A DNA stretch of 64,000 nt from Candidatus Doudnabacteria bacterium (GTDB lineage: Bacteria > Patescibacteriota > Doudnabacteria > UBA920): assembly GCA_016218585.1 (NCBI GenBank), contig JACRDK010000010.1, positions 68,974 to 132,973 on the forward strand. Direction: 5' to 3'. Every line of letters starts with the position of its first letter. The first letter of the stretch is position 1. Shown one piece after another: positions 45,648-55,974 of this stretch. Under the pieces are notes generated by a model. That model had not been told where the DNA came from, searched no databases, and saw only the letters and a program-made list of their open reading frames with translations. The position numbers and the translations under genes are program-made.

Positions 45648-47138
45648 ATGGAGTTGGAATTTTTAGAACTTACTGAGCTTAGAAAAAAATTAGACAACAA
45701 AGAACTGTCTTCGGTTGAGCTAACGAAGCATTTTTTGTCGCGCATAAAAAATTTGGACAAAGATTATAATTCTTTTGTTACGGTAACCGAAGAAGAGGCT
45801 TTAAAAAATGCCAAAGAAGCGGACGATTTTATAAATTCCCCCGGTGAAAATCCTTTTTTGTGCGGCATACCTTATGCTTCCAAAGATTTATTTTCAACCA
45901 AAGGAATACGAACTACGGCTTCTTCAAAAATTTTGGATCAGTTTAAACCGGCTTTTGATGCCACGGTAACCAAGAAATTAAAAGAACAAAAATCTGTTTT
46001 ACTGGGAAAAACTAATTTAGATGAATTTGCGCATGGTTCGTCCACGGAAACTTCCGCTTACGGCCCGTCAAAGAATCCCTGGGACACTTCCCGTATTCCG
46101 GGCGGCTCTTCCGGCGGCTCAACCGCTGCGGTTGCGGCCGGCTTAACCCCTTGGGCTACAGCAACGGAAACAGGGGGAAGCATTCGCCAGCCGGCATCTT
46201 TGTGCGGCCTTTCCGGATGGAAACCAACCTACGGGCGCGTGAGCCGCTACGGCGTTATTGCCATGGCCTCATCTTTAGACAGCCCGGGAGCGGTTGCAAA
46301 TAGCGTGGTAGACTTAGCCCATTTGGCGGAGATTATGTCCGGGCAAGACGAAAAAGATTCCACCACCAGCCCGGTTCCGGTACCGGCTTACGCAAAAAAT
46401 TTGTCCGCCGATATGTCGGGCATAAAAATTGGCGTACCCAAAGAATATTTTGTTGATGGAATGGAAGATGGCGTAAAGCAGCGAGTTATGGAAGCCGTAA
46501 AGCATTACGAAAAAATGGGCGCAAAAATTCAGGAAGTAAGTTTGCCAAATACCAAATTTGGTTCTTTGGTATATGCTATTGTTTGCCCTTCGGAAGTTTC
46601 TTCCAACTTAATGCGCTTTGACGGTATTCGTTACGGCCATACCACTAAAGATGCCAAAGACTTAATGGAAGTTTATGAAAAATCCCGCGCCGAGGGTTTT
46701 GGCGATGAGGCCAAGAGAAGAATTTTAACCGGAACTTACGTACTTTCCGCCGGCTATTACGATGCCTACTATAAAAAAGCGCAGAAGGTCCGTAGTTTAA
46801 TTATCAATGAATTTAAAGATGTGTTTAAACAGGTAGATGTACTGGCTTGTCCCTCTAGTCCTAATGTTGCGGTAAAAATTGGCGGGGCAAAAGATAACCC
46901 GTTATTTGGGTACATTGCCGACCAGTTAAATATTCCCGGCAGTTTGGCCGGACTTCCGGCATTGTCTATTCCTTGCGGTTTTGGCCGTCCTTCTGACGGG
47001 GAAACTCCAAGCTTGGATGGTCTACCGGTTGGCTTGCAGATAATCGGTCCGCAGTGGGGCGAGCAAATTGTATTTAACGCAGGGTTTGCGTACCAGCAGG
47101 AAACAGATTGGCACTTAAAGCATCCTGGCCTTGCCTAA
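45648..47138 (+). CDS. gatA: Asp/Glu-tRNA amidotransferase subunit A (amidase signature family)
   Basis: GGSSGGSTAAVAAG amidase signature. Confidence 0.9.
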   Translation: MELEFLELTELRKKLDNKELSSVELTKHFLSRIKNLDKDYNSFVTVTEEEALKNAKEADDFINSPGENPFLCGIPYASKDLFSTKGIRTTASSKILDQFKPAFDATVTKKLKEQKSVLLGKTNLDEFAHGSSTETSAYGPSKNPWDTSRIPGGSSGGSTAAVAAGLTPWATATETGGSIRQPASLCGLSGWKPTYGRVSRYGVIAMASSLDSPGAVANSVVDLAHLAEIMSGQDEKDSTTSPVPVPAYAKNLSADMSGIKIGVPKEYFVDGMEDGVKQRVMEAVKHYEKMGAKIQEVSLPNTKFGSLVYAIVCPSEVSSNLMRFDGIRYGHTTKDAKDLMEVYEKSRAEGFGDEAKRRILTGTYVLSAGYYDAYYKKAQKVRSLIINEFKDVFKQVDVLACPSSPNVAVKIGGAKDNPLFGYIADQLNIPGSLAGLPALSIPCGFGRPSDGETPSLDGLPVGLQIIGPQWGEQIVFNAGFAYQQETDWHLKHPGLA

Positions 47139-47199
47139 AGTCAAGGAATTTCTAATACCTAATTACTAATTTCTAAACAGTTTTCAATTTAAAATTTAT

Positions 47200-47532
47200 A
47201 TGGACAGTTTGAATCAAGAGAATAAAAAATATTTAGAAATTTACAAACAAGAAAAACTCTTGTCTATTATTTGGTTTGGTGTTGGAATAGCGTTTCTGTT
47301 GTTATATTTTTTTCTGCAAGCACCTTTTGTTTTCATTATTTTGGCTTATTGGACACTTGCCTTTAGTCTTTATATTTTGTGCATTGCATTAGCAAGAAAG
47401 AGCAAAAAATCAGATTTGCCTGCTTTTTTTCAAATAGGAAGAGGTATTCAGTTGGATAGCATGATAATTTTTAATTTACTATTTTTGCCCCATTGGTTGA
47501 TAAGCGTTTTTTTAAAAAAGGTATTATTTTAG
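47200..47532 (+). CDS. Small hypothetical membrane protein
   Basis: Two or three hydrophobic helices. Sits between gatA and gatB. Confidence 0.35.
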   Translation: MDSLNQENKKYLEIYKQEKLLSIIWFGVGIAFLLLYFFLQAPFVFIILAYWTLAFSLYILCIALARKSKKSDLPAFFQIGRGIQLDSMIIFNLLFLPHWLISVFLKKVLF

Positions 47533-47536
47533 TTTT

Positions 47537-49039
47537 ATGAAAGAATATCCCAAGTCAACTGAATACAAACCGGTAATTGGGTTTGAAATACATATTGAAC
47601 TTAAAACTAAGTCCAAGATGTTTGGTACGGCGGCTAATAATCCGGATGAAAAACAGCCAAACACTAATATCGATGAAATTGATACCGGGCAGCCCGGAAC
47701 TTTGCCTGTGGCAAACAAAGAAGCTATCCGTTTGTCAGCTCTGGTTGGCTTGGCTTTAAATTGCCAAATTGATGAATTTTCCAAGTTTGACCGCAAACAT
47801 TATTTTTATCCGGATTTGCCCAAAGGGTATCAGATTTCCCAGTACGACCAGCCTATTTCAAAAAATGGTTATTTGGATATTGAAGTTAACGGCAAAACTA
47901 AGCGCATAGGCATTACTCGCGCCCACTTGGAGGAAGATGCCGGAAAAAATGTGCACCCAGATGGCTTGCCTTATTCTTTGGTAGATTATAATCGCGCCGG
48001 CGCGCCGCTTTTGGAAATTGTTACTGAGCCGGATATTGAAAGCGGAGAAGAAGCGCGAATTTTTTTGCAGGAGCTGCGCAACATTGTTCGCTATTTGGGA
48101 GCTAGTGATGCCAATATGGAAAAGGGGACAATGCGCTGCGAACCGAATATTTCCGTGCGCCAGCCGGGCGAAACAAACTTGCCAAAATATAAAGTGGAAG
48201 TAAAAAATATTAACAGCTTTAAATTTGCCGAGAGCGCAATTAATTATGAAATCCCGCGCCATATTGAAATGCTTAAAGAGGGGAAGACCCCAAAGCAGGT
48301 CACTATGGGCTGGAATGAAAAAGATTCCTGCACGGTTGAGCAGCGCAGCAAAGAAGAGGCTGACGGTTACCGTTATATGCCGGAACCGGACTTGCCGATT
48401 TTACAGTTTACCAAAGAATATTTGGACAACCTGCGCAATATAATGCCGGAATTGCCGACGCAAAAACGCGCGCGATTTTTGGAAGAATACAAACTTCCTG
48501 CGGCAGACGTGGAAAACTTAATTAACTGGAAAGAACTGGCGTTTTATTTTGAAGATGTTGTCTCGGAAATAGATGAATGGATGACGCAAGAAGCGGGACT
48601 GGACAGGAACCAAATGATTAAGCTGGCGGCTAACTGGTGTCTGCAGGATTTTAGCGCATTGTTAAATCAACAGTTAATTAATCCTTCGGATTCCGTTGTA
48701 ACGGCCGAAAATTTTTCGGAGTTAATTAAGTTAATAGTTAGCGGGAAAATTTCTTCCAGCGCGGCCAAACAAGTTTTTAAAGTAATGTATGAAAAAGGGG
48801 GCGATCCAAGCAATATTGTGGAAGACTTAGGATTAACTCAGGTATCCGACGAGGGCGCCATTGCCGAAGCCTTAGACAAAGTAATTGCCGCTAATGAAAA
48901 GGCTGTGGCAGATTATAAAGCGGGAATGCAAAAAAGTTTTGGTTTTCTTGTCGGTATGGCAATGAAAGAGCTAAAAGGCAAAGGCAACCCGCAAATTATA
49001 AACGAACTGCTAAAAAAGAAACTGAATAACACGGATTAG
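47537..49039 (+). CDS. gatB: Asp/Glu-tRNA amidotransferase subunit B
   Basis: N-terminal YKPVIGFEIHIELKTKSKMF and a GatB/YqeY C-terminal domain. Confidence 0.9.
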   Translation: MKEYPKSTEYKPVIGFEIHIELKTKSKMFGTAANNPDEKQPNTNIDEIDTGQPGTLPVANKEAIRLSALVGLALNCQIDEFSKFDRKHYFYPDLPKGYQISQYDQPISKNGYLDIEVNGKTKRIGITRAHLEEDAGKNVHPDGLPYSLVDYNRAGAPLLEIVTEPDIESGEEARIFLQELRNIVRYLGASDANMEKGTMRCEPNISVRQPGETNLPKYKVEVKNINSFKFAESAINYEIPRHIEMLKEGKTPKQVTMGWNEKDSCTVEQRSKEEADGYRYMPEPDLPILQFTKEYLDNLRNIMPELPTQKRARFLEEYKLPAADVENLINWKELAFYFEDVVSEIDEWMTQEAGLDRNQMIKLAANWCLQDFSALLNQQLINPSDSVVTAENFSELIKLIVSGKISSSAAKQVFKVMYEKGGDPSNIVEDLGLTQVSDEGAIAEALDKVIAANEKAVADYKAGMQKSFGFLVGMAMKELKGKGNPQIINELLKKKLNNTD

Positions 49040-49070
49040 TAAACATAAATACACAGATATAAACAGAGAA

Positions 49071-49101
49071 CGCCGCCCTTTGTACTATGGGGCGGCGTTT
49101 T
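49071..49101 (+). terminator. Rho-independent terminator of gatCAB
   Basis: gccgccc tttgtactatg gggcggc gtttt. Confidence 0.75.
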
Positions 49102-49122
49102 AGTTTGTTCGCGGCATGATGG

Positions 49123-49320
49123 TTATTTATTGCTGTGTGCCTTGATCAGGCGAGCGTGGTAGCGAAGCGCGAACGCCCCGTTAATCCACTCGCCTATAGG
49201 CCTAGGCAGAAAGCTGGTCAGCTTTTCCAGCTGTGTTAGGGCTTCCCTTGTTTTCTCCAGGTTGGTCATGCTCATTCTATTGAGCCTCCTTATTAGAGAG
49301 TATAAGAAAATAAGTACCAA
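49123..49320 (-). CDS. Small hypothetical protein on the edge of the GC-rich island
   Basis: 65-aa ORF with weak support. Confidence 0.2.
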   Translation of the reverse strand: MVLIFLYSLIRRLNRMSMTNLEKTREALTQLEKLTSFLPRPIGEWINGAFALRYHARLIKAHSNK

Positions 49321-49484
49321 GAGTCAATAAAAAAGCTGGCCAAATAAAAATTGTGCAGTTTTGGACGATCGTCCAAAACTGCACAATTTGTTTAATATAT
49401 TTTTGCGGTATAAATGTGTTATATAAATGATTCACGGGCAGCGGTTTTAAGGCCGCTGCCCGCGTTGGTTGCTTGAGACGCCGA

Positions 49485-49844
49485 TTAGCGCCGTCCGGCC
49501 GTGGTCCGCCGCGCAAGTCGTTCTTTGGCAGAAGGGGCTGGCCTTGTTGGTCGGTGGTGGATTGTCACTGAGGATGTATCCGATTTCTCTTCCTTGAACC
49601 TTGCCTCTACGAGTGTCCTGACAGTCTTTTTGTCTGTTGTTTCGACATGCCACTTGAGAATGAGGACGTCATCCTTTTTAGGTTTAGGCTTGTTATCCTC
49701 CTTCCAAGGACTGCCTTCACCGCTTGTCGTGAATGTTTCGTAGCCGTCCTGGCCGTCAACGGATACGGTAACCCGCAGTTTGTTGTCAATGACTGTAGTA
49801 TACAGCACATACGCTTCAGCAGTAGTTATTTGAATGTCTGACAT
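49485..49844 (-). CDS. Hypothetical protein in the GC-rich island
   Basis: 119-aa ORF with a GGAGGA RBS. A palindromic operator-like site lies upstream. Confidence 0.4.
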   Translation of the reverse strand: MSDIQITTAEAYVLYTTVIDNKLRVTVSVDGQDGYETFTTSGEGSPWKEDNKPKPKKDDVLILKWHVETTDKKTVRTLVEARFKEEKSDTSSVTIHHRPTRPAPSAKERLARRTTAGRR

Positions 49845-49953
49845 TCATCCTCCTGTGTTGTTTATTTTTTGTCCAGACTTTCGTCTGGAAAATCCAGAGA
49901 CAATAGTGTAATAAATTTTTGCAGATAATGCAATAGAAAAAAGCAAAAACAAA

Positions 49954-49987
49954 AGCGCCGACGGTCCATAAAGGAGCCGTCGGCGCT
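49954..49987 (-). terminator. Rho-independent terminator of the secreted-protein gene
   Basis: 11-bp perfect stem agcgccgacgg/ccgtcggcgct. It is followed by a T-run on the minus strand. Confidence 0.7.
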
Positions 49988-50033
49988 AAGTGTGTTCATC
50001 TCCCGCCACAGTTGGCGAGAGGGAGAGGGGAGA

Positions 50034-51005
50034 TTACTGCTTGGCGGGGACCACCGCGAGTCCTGCGAGCATGGTTTGCTCGCCGGCCTCGTAGTAGACC
50101 TTCACCTTCCCGCGGGTGCTGGGGTTGTACCGGACAATTGTGTGTTGTCCGGCGACCCAGTAAATGTCGTCTTTACCCGCGGCGACCCTGTTGAGGTTGG
50201 TGACCGGGTCTACATTGATCCCATCGAGCACAACCTTCTGGCTGACCTCGCTTTGACCGTAGTCAAAGCTCACTTCGACTAGCTTTCCAGGAACGACGGA
50301 GGTTGGCGCCACAGGGGAGCAGACGGGGTCGTTGCAGGGAGGGTAGGTGAACTCGTTGGCGAGCAGTAGGTAGAGCTTCCCGCCAATCGCCGCAGTGCCA
50401 ACTGGGTACTGATCCAGGTTCACACTGAGTTCTTCCCGGTGCCCGGCGAAGTCCGATGGTCGGGACATGGTGAACCGTTTGTTGTTAGAGTCGGCACATA
50501 CGATGATGTCCTGCGGATTGGCGGACGACATCGTGCAGTAGTCTAGGTTAGTCATGGGCATTGAATCAGCGGTGTAGAATCCGCCAGCCCAAAGGCCAAG
50601 TCCGAGCTTTTCACGCTCCCAGCGATCGGTGAGAGTGAAGCCAAACCTATTTTCGTTGCGCAACCGGCCGTTGGCGGGCAGCAACCACTGCCAGGTTTGT
50701 TCCGGTGTGTGCCAGCGCACCCTGCCTGACGTTGAGTATGTCAGGAAGTTGTAGGCGCCATCGAGCGGTAGAATCTGTTGAGCCGATGGTGCCCAAACAC
50801 GGTTCACTACCTCAATGTTGCCTGCGTAGCTGTGGCAAATGGACCGGGCTTCCCCGGAGTTCCACTCGCCGACCAGAACAACGTCCTTTGTTGGGTCGCA
50901 AATCATAGAAGTCTGCGCGACCGGCACAGGAGCGGTGTTGTTCTGCGCATTGGCTGAAAAGGCCGCGAGGGCGGCCAGGACGAAAATCGAGAAAAACTTT
51001 TTCAT
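50034..51005 (-). CDS. Secreted hypothetical protein (signal peptide), GC-rich foreign gene
   Basis: Start at MKKFFSIFVLAALAAFSANA with an AGGAAG RBS 9 nt upstream. GC is about 58% against about 38% for the surrounding genome. Confidence 0.5.
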   Translation of the reverse strand: MKKFFSIFVLAALAAFSANAQNNTAPVPVAQTSMICDPTKDVVLVGEWNSGEARSICHSYAGNIEVVNRVWAPSAQQILPLDGAYNFLTYSTSGRVRWHTPEQTWQWLLPANGRLRNENRFGFTLTDRWEREKLGLGLWAGGFYTADSMPMTNLDYCTMSSANPQDIIVCADSNNKRFTMSRPSDFAGHREELSVNLDQYPVGTAAIGGKLYLLLANEFTYPPCNDPVCSPVAPTSVVPGKLVEVSFDYGQSEVSQKVVLDGINVDPVTNLNRVAAGKDDIYWVAGQHTIVRYNPSTRGKVKVYYEAGEQTMLAGLAVVPAKQ

Positions 51006-51333
51006 GGTAATCATCTTCCTTGCCGGGGTTGCCGGCGTTTGCCCAATGAGAAACCCTGCAGAAGTTCCCTTGGACAAGCTGAATACCAGGCTTATGGATT
51101 CCGGGTAGCCCGATGTGGCTCCCGGAATGACAAGCTGATATACAATTTGTCCAAGGGAATAATAATCTCCTCTTAAATATCCTCCATAGATATTATTAAG
51201 AACAAAAAATAGGTCTTAAATTTTGCACGATGAGTGCATTATTAAGACCCAATATTATACACCTTTTTGGCTATTTTGTCAAGAGAATAATAAAAAAACA
51301 CGCTTGTTTAAGCGTGTTGAAAATAGGGCAAAA

Positions 51334-52323
51334 TTAGCTATTTAGGAATTTTTGCGTGAGTTTTTCGGCCTTTTTTATGTCCGGTTTTATCCAAATAATA
51401 TTCTTATTTCTTTTCCACCAAGTCATTTGCCGTTTGGCATAGTGTTTAATGGCAAATGAAAGTTGGATAAAAAGTTCATCTTTGGATATTTTCTTTTGCA
51501 AGAATAACGAAACAAATTTATACTCCAAACCGAAACTAATTAATTTTTTCCAGCTTAACGCGGACTGACGCGGAAATTTGCGCGGACTGACCCGGAAGCC
51601 ATCATGAAGATTTTGGACTTCTTTTATCATCCCGTGTTTTAATCTTTCTTTGAGGCGCCTGTCAATTTTTTCATAAAGTGTTTTTTGCGGAAGATTGGTG
51701 CCGAGAATCAGAGTAACATAGAGAGGCGAGGGTTCAGGGTTCAGCGGCGGAACAGGGCGGCCCGTGGAGATTACAATTTCTAAAGCTCTTATAAGCCGCC
51801 TTCGGTTAAACTTATCTATAGTTTTTGCCCGTTGTGGATCCAAACGGCTAATTCGTGCGAATAAGCCGGTGGTGGAAAGCTTTTCCAAGCGCGCGCGAAG
51901 TTTTAAGTTAGGTTTAATTTCCGGGATTTTTTGGTCATAAATAACCGCGTCAATCCAGTGCATGGTGCCGCCGCAAAGAATAGGCAAGCGCCCGCGCTTT
52001 AAAATTTCAGCAATAATTTTTTTTGCTTCTTTTTGAAAACGAGCTGCGGAATATTGGCGGGCCGGATTTTGAAAATCTATCAGGTGGTGGGGAATAGATT
52101 TGTAAACATAAGTCAAATAGGACTTATTAGACTTATTTGTCTGATTAACTTTTTGCCAAGAGCCAGCCACTTTTCCCGTGCCAATGTCCATGCCTTTATA
52201 GACTTGCCGGCTGTCGCAAGAGATAATTTCACCATTAAATTTTTTTGCTAAGGCAACCGCCAGTTCCGATTTGCCCGAGGCGGTGGGGCCGACTACGGCG
52301 AGTAGTTTAGAATTATGATTCAT
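51334..52323 (-). CDS. miaA: tRNA dimethylallyltransferase
   Basis: P-loop GPTASGKSELAVALA and a conserved MiaA layout. Confidence 0.9.
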   Translation of the reverse strand: MNHNSKLLAVVGPTASGKSELAVALAKKFNGEIISCDSRQVYKGMDIGTGKVAGSWQKVNQTNKSNKSYLTYVYKSIPHHLIDFQNPARQYSAARFQKEAKKIIAEILKRGRLPILCGGTMHWIDAVIYDQKIPEIKPNLKLRARLEKLSTTGLFARISRLDPQRAKTIDKFNRRRLIRALEIVISTGRPVPPLNPEPSPLYVTLILGTNLPQKTLYEKIDRRLKERLKHGMIKEVQNLHDGFRVSPRKFPRQSALSWKKLISFGLEYKFVSLFLQKKISKDELFIQLSFAIKHYAKRQMTWWKRNKNIIWIKPDIKKAEKLTQKFLNS

Positions 52324-52580
52324 GAATTAAGAATTTAGGAAAGCAGAAAATTTGCTAAATTAACTTTTCACGGTTAATTTTTTACCGGCATGGGATTTTT
52401 GAACGAGCAATGAGCGGCCGTGAACGCGCATGCGCGGCCGTTTTTTTATTTCCCGTTTTTTTGCCTTGGTAGGCGGCTCCCCAATAATTATTTTTCGCAT
52501 ATCGCTTAGGCTTTTTCAAATAGAAAAGAATTTCTTAAATCTACATGGTATAATTATAGTATAACATTAACAATATTATT

Positions 52581-53123
52581 ATGAAAAAAACAATTATTAT
52601 AATAGTGGTCCTGGCTGTTTTAGCCGGAGCCGGCTACTATTTGTATGGCAGAAATCAGGCTAAGGCCCCGGCCGAACAATTTAATCAAACGTCGGATTCA
52701 AACCAAACTCAGCAATCGCAATCTGAACAGTTAGAATCATCTTCAACGCCGGAGATGGGTAAATTAAATACAAAAAATAATTCTTCCAGTCCGGATTACA
52801 CACCCGGAAAATTTAGCAACGGGGAAGACGAGGCCGCTGCTCCCGATATTCAGGTTTGGGAGGTGGACTTTGACGGCGCGCAGTTTAGCCCCAGCACTAT
52901 AACTATAAAAGCCGGGGATTACATTATGTTTAAAAATAAAAGCACTCAGGATTTTTGGCCGGCATCCGACCCGCATCCAACCCATACCGGTTATCCGGGT
53001 TTTGATTCCGGCAAGGCTGTTGCCGCCGGCGCAAAATTTAATTTTCAGTTTGATAAGGTTGGGAGTTGGGGCTATCACGACCACTTAAACCCAATCATAA
53101 AAGGAACGGTTATAGTTAAATAG
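52581..53123 (+). CDS. Cupredoxin-like domain protein with an N-terminal membrane anchor or signal
   Basis: An N-terminal hydrophobic helix. C-terminal GDYIMFKNKSTQDFWPASDPHPTH is a plastocyanin-like fold motif. Confidence 0.45.
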   Translation: MKKTIIIIVVLAVLAGAGYYLYGRNQAKAPAEQFNQTSDSNQTQQSQSEQLESSSTPEMGKLNTKNNSSSPDYTPGKFSNGEDEAAAPDIQVWEVDFDGAQFSPSTITIKAGDYIMFKNKSTQDFWPASDPHPTHTGYPGFDSGKAVAAGAKFNFQFDKVGSWGYHDHLNPIIKGTVIVK

Positions 53124-53139
53124 CAGAAATTTCAAACAG

Positions 53140-53186
53140 CCCGGCTTTTAATAAACAAAAGCCGGGCTGTTTTTTGCTAAATAAAG
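53140..53186 (+). terminator. Rho-independent terminator
   Basis: 13-bp stem cagcccggctttt/aaaagccgggctg followed by a T-run. Confidence 0.7.
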
Positions 53187-53211
53187 GCTTAAATGTTATA
53201 ATTTTTAAGTT

Positions 53212-54045
53212 ATGACATGGGAAACATTTGGCCACGACAACGTGAAAGCAATTTTGGAAAAACAGCTTAAGCATAAGGTTTTTCCCCATGCGTATCTTTT
53301 CCATGGACCTTCCGGGGTAGGTAAAAAAAAATTGGCTCTTGAATTTGCCAAAAAAGTTTTGGAAACGGAAAATTTAAGCAGCCACCCGGATTTTTTAAGC
53401 TTAGACAGCAGCGGTCAAATAACTATGGAGGCGACGCGGGAATTTATTTCCAGGCTTGGCTTAAAACCTTTTGCGGGAAAGTACAAGGTTGCCATTTTGA
53501 ATGATGCGGAAAATTTAAGCTCCCAGAGCGCCAATGCCTTGCTAAAGACTTTAGAAGAGCCGGCGGAAAATACAATTATAATTTTAATTTCCTCTTCCTC
53601 TAGGCTATTGTCTACCATTTTGTCCCGCTGCCAGGCATTTAGTTTTAATGCTTTTAGCAAAGCCAGGTTAAGTGAGTTTGCCAAGAGAGAAAAGTTAGAA
53701 ATTAGCGAAGAAATTTTGGAGCTTAGCTACGGCAGCATTTCGATTTTAAATAAAATTGTGGCGGATAAAGATTTTTTTTCCTTGAGGAAAGAAGCGGTTG
53801 AAGAATATAAAAGTTTAATTAAGGCAAAAAGCGGGGAGCGGCTGGCGCGTTTGAGTGAGATCGCGGAAAATGAGAATGAGGAGCTGGAAGAAAAGTTTAA
53901 GGACTGGCTATCCTGGCAGTTGGCGGCCTTGCATAAAAACCCCGGCGATTATTTAAAAGTTCAGGCTTTAAGCGAAGCTTTGTCCGGATTGAAGAAGAAT
54001 TTAAATAAAAAGCTGGTGCTGCAAAGTTTGCTGTTAAAAATATAA
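53212..54045 (+). CDS. holB: DNA polymerase III delta-prime subunit
   Basis: HAYLFHGPSGVGKKKLALEFAK is an AAA+ clamp-loader Walker A. SRC-like TILSRCQ. Confidence 0.8.
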   Translation: MTWETFGHDNVKAILEKQLKHKVFPHAYLFHGPSGVGKKKLALEFAKKVLETENLSSHPDFLSLDSSGQITMEATREFISRLGLKPFAGKYKVAILNDAENLSSQSANALLKTLEEPAENTIIILISSSSRLLSTILSRCQAFSFNAFSKARLSEFAKREKLEISEEILELSYGSISILNKIVADKDFFSLRKEAVEEYKSLIKAKSGERLARLSEIAENENEELEEKFKDWLSWQLAALHKNPGDYLKVQALSEALSGLKKNLNKKLVLQSLLLKI

Positions 54046-54131
54046 ATCGCAGATGTACAGATAAAAACCAGATGGCGCGGATACTTAATTACATTATTTA
54101 ATAGTTAATTGTTTGCATTAAAAAATAAGCT

Positions 54132-55196
54132 ATGCAAAAAAACAAAAAATTTATTCTCGGGATTGCTTTAATATTTTTAGCGGCAGGTTGCAACTTTTTT
54201 TCCTCCAGCCTGCCGGCAGGAGTAATGAAGAGCACGAATGGCGGAGCGGATTGGCAATTTTCTAACGCTATAAAAGGCAATTCCGCGCAGAGCCTGGTGT
54301 CGCTAAGTATTTCCAAAATGGCTTTCGCTCCCAGCAACCGGGAAACGGTTTACGCAGGCAGTTATACTTCGGGATTATTTAAATCGGAAGATTCAGGAGC
54401 CAACTGGAGCAAAATTCTTTCTAACGTATTTGTTTATGACTTTGCCATTAGCCCGGGAGACCCAAAAATTATTTATGCCGCCGGTTATTTTGCGGATCAC
54501 GGACGGGTGGTAAAAACCACGGACGGGGGCGCGAGTTGGAATCAGGTTTACAATGAAGAAAGCACATTAAACGCGGTAAGGGCTATTGCTATTAATCCAA
54601 ATAACCCAAATCAAATAATTATTGGCACGACATCCGGCAGTATAATCAAAAGCGCGGACGGCGGAATTAGCTGGCAATTAGCAAGGAACTTCAGCGACCG
54701 GGTAAACAGAATGCTGTGGCAGAATGGAAATATTTATGTGCTGCTTAAAGCCAAGGGCCTGTTTAAGTCCACCGGATTTGCGGAAAATTTTGACGAAGTA
54801 AGCTCAACTTTAAGTAAAACCTATAATTTAGGTTCATTGTCCTATACCAGTTCGACCATAGATTCTTTTAGCCAGCTGTATGTAGATTACACCACGCCAG
54901 GATTAATTTATGTTACAACCAACAAAGGCTTGTTTAAAACGGTGGATGATGGGAAGAATTGGCAGCAGTTGCAGCTGCCGGTAAAGGCGGAAGACGCCGA
55001 CGCCAGAGCAGTGGCAATTGCCCCAAGCAGCAGCAATATAGTTTTTACCAGCGTTGGTTCAACAATATATAAATCTACCGATGGCGGGCAGACTTTCCAA
55101 ACGCAAAGCAAGCAGACGGCCGGGTTTATAAATTATATTTTAATCGACCCGCAGCTGCCGCAAATCGTTTACGCCGGAGTATACTCGTCTCAGTAA
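54132..55196 (+). CDS. BNR/Asp-box repeat (Ycf48/sortilin-like beta-propeller) lipoprotein
   Basis: Six S/TxDxGxxW repeats: TNGGADWQ, SEDSGANWS, TTDGGASWN, SADGGISWQ, TVDDGKNWQ and STDGGQTFQ. The N-terminus has the lipobox-like LAAGC. Confidence 0.7.
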   Translation: MQKNKKFILGIALIFLAAGCNFFSSSLPAGVMKSTNGGADWQFSNAIKGNSAQSLVSLSISKMAFAPSNRETVYAGSYTSGLFKSEDSGANWSKILSNVFVYDFAISPGDPKIIYAAGYFADHGRVVKTTDGGASWNQVYNEESTLNAVRAIAINPNNPNQIIIGTTSGSIIKSADGGISWQLARNFSDRVNRMLWQNGNIYVLLKAKGLFKSTGFAENFDEVSSTLSKTYNLGSLSYTSSTIDSFSQLYVDYTTPGLIYVTTNKGLFKTVDDGKNWQQLQLPVKAEDADARAVAIAPSSSNIVFTSVGSTIYKSTDGGQTFQTQSKQTAGFINYILIDPQLPQIVYAGVYSSQ

Positions 55197-55326
55197 GCAT
55201 TTAGTAGATAGCATATAGAATATAGAAAAATAATTATTATCCACGAATTCACTAATCTGCGCGAATCATACTAAAGAGCATTTGTGAAATTAGTGAAAAT
55301 TCGCGAATTAGCGGAAAATTAAAAAT

Positions 55327-55884
55327 ATGATAGACCAAATTTTAAATTCACATAAAGAAAATTTTGAAAAAGCGTTGGAACATTTTGTCCACGAACTTTC
55401 CGGCGTCCGCACCGGGCGCGCTAATCCGGCTCTGCTTAACACCGTTACCGTAGAATCTTACGGCTCTAAAATGCCGCTCGAACACGTAGCCTCGGTTACG
55501 GTTGCTGACGCAAAAACATTAGTTATTTCTCCCTGGGACAAAGGCACTATGCAGGCCATTGAAAAAGGAATTCAAATGGCTAACTTAGGTTTTAATCCTA
55601 GTAACGACGGTGTAGTTATTCGCATTACTTTGCCCGCGTTAAATGAAGACCGCAGAAAAGAAATGGTTAAATTAGTCGGCCAGTTGGCGGAAAAAGGAAA
55701 GATTGGAATTCGCAATGCCCGTGAAGGCGTGCAAAAAGAAATGAAAAAAGCGGAAAGCGACGGCAAAATCAGCAAGGATGATTTGCAGGTTGGGCAGAAA
55801 AAATTGCAGGAAGTGGTGGACAAATATAACGATGAAATTAAAAAACACGCCGAGGCAAAAGAAAAAGAAATAATGACAGTTTAA
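55327..55884 (+). CDS. frr: Ribosome recycling factor
   Basis: Conserved RRF layout (LSGVRTGRANPALLN...). Confidence 0.9.
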   Translation: MIDQILNSHKENFEKALEHFVHELSGVRTGRANPALLNTVTVESYGSKMPLEHVASVTVADAKTLVISPWDKGTMQAIEKGIQMANLGFNPSNDGVVIRITLPALNEDRRKEMVKLVGQLAEKGKIGIRNAREGVQKEMKKAESDGKISKDDLQVGQKKLQEVVDKYNDEIKKHAEAKEKEIMTV

Positions 55885-55974
55885 CAGAATTATGAAGTAT
55901 GAGTTAAGAATTATGTGGTAAACATCCTAATTCATAATTCCAGATTCTTGATTCATATTTAAACAGAATAATTT

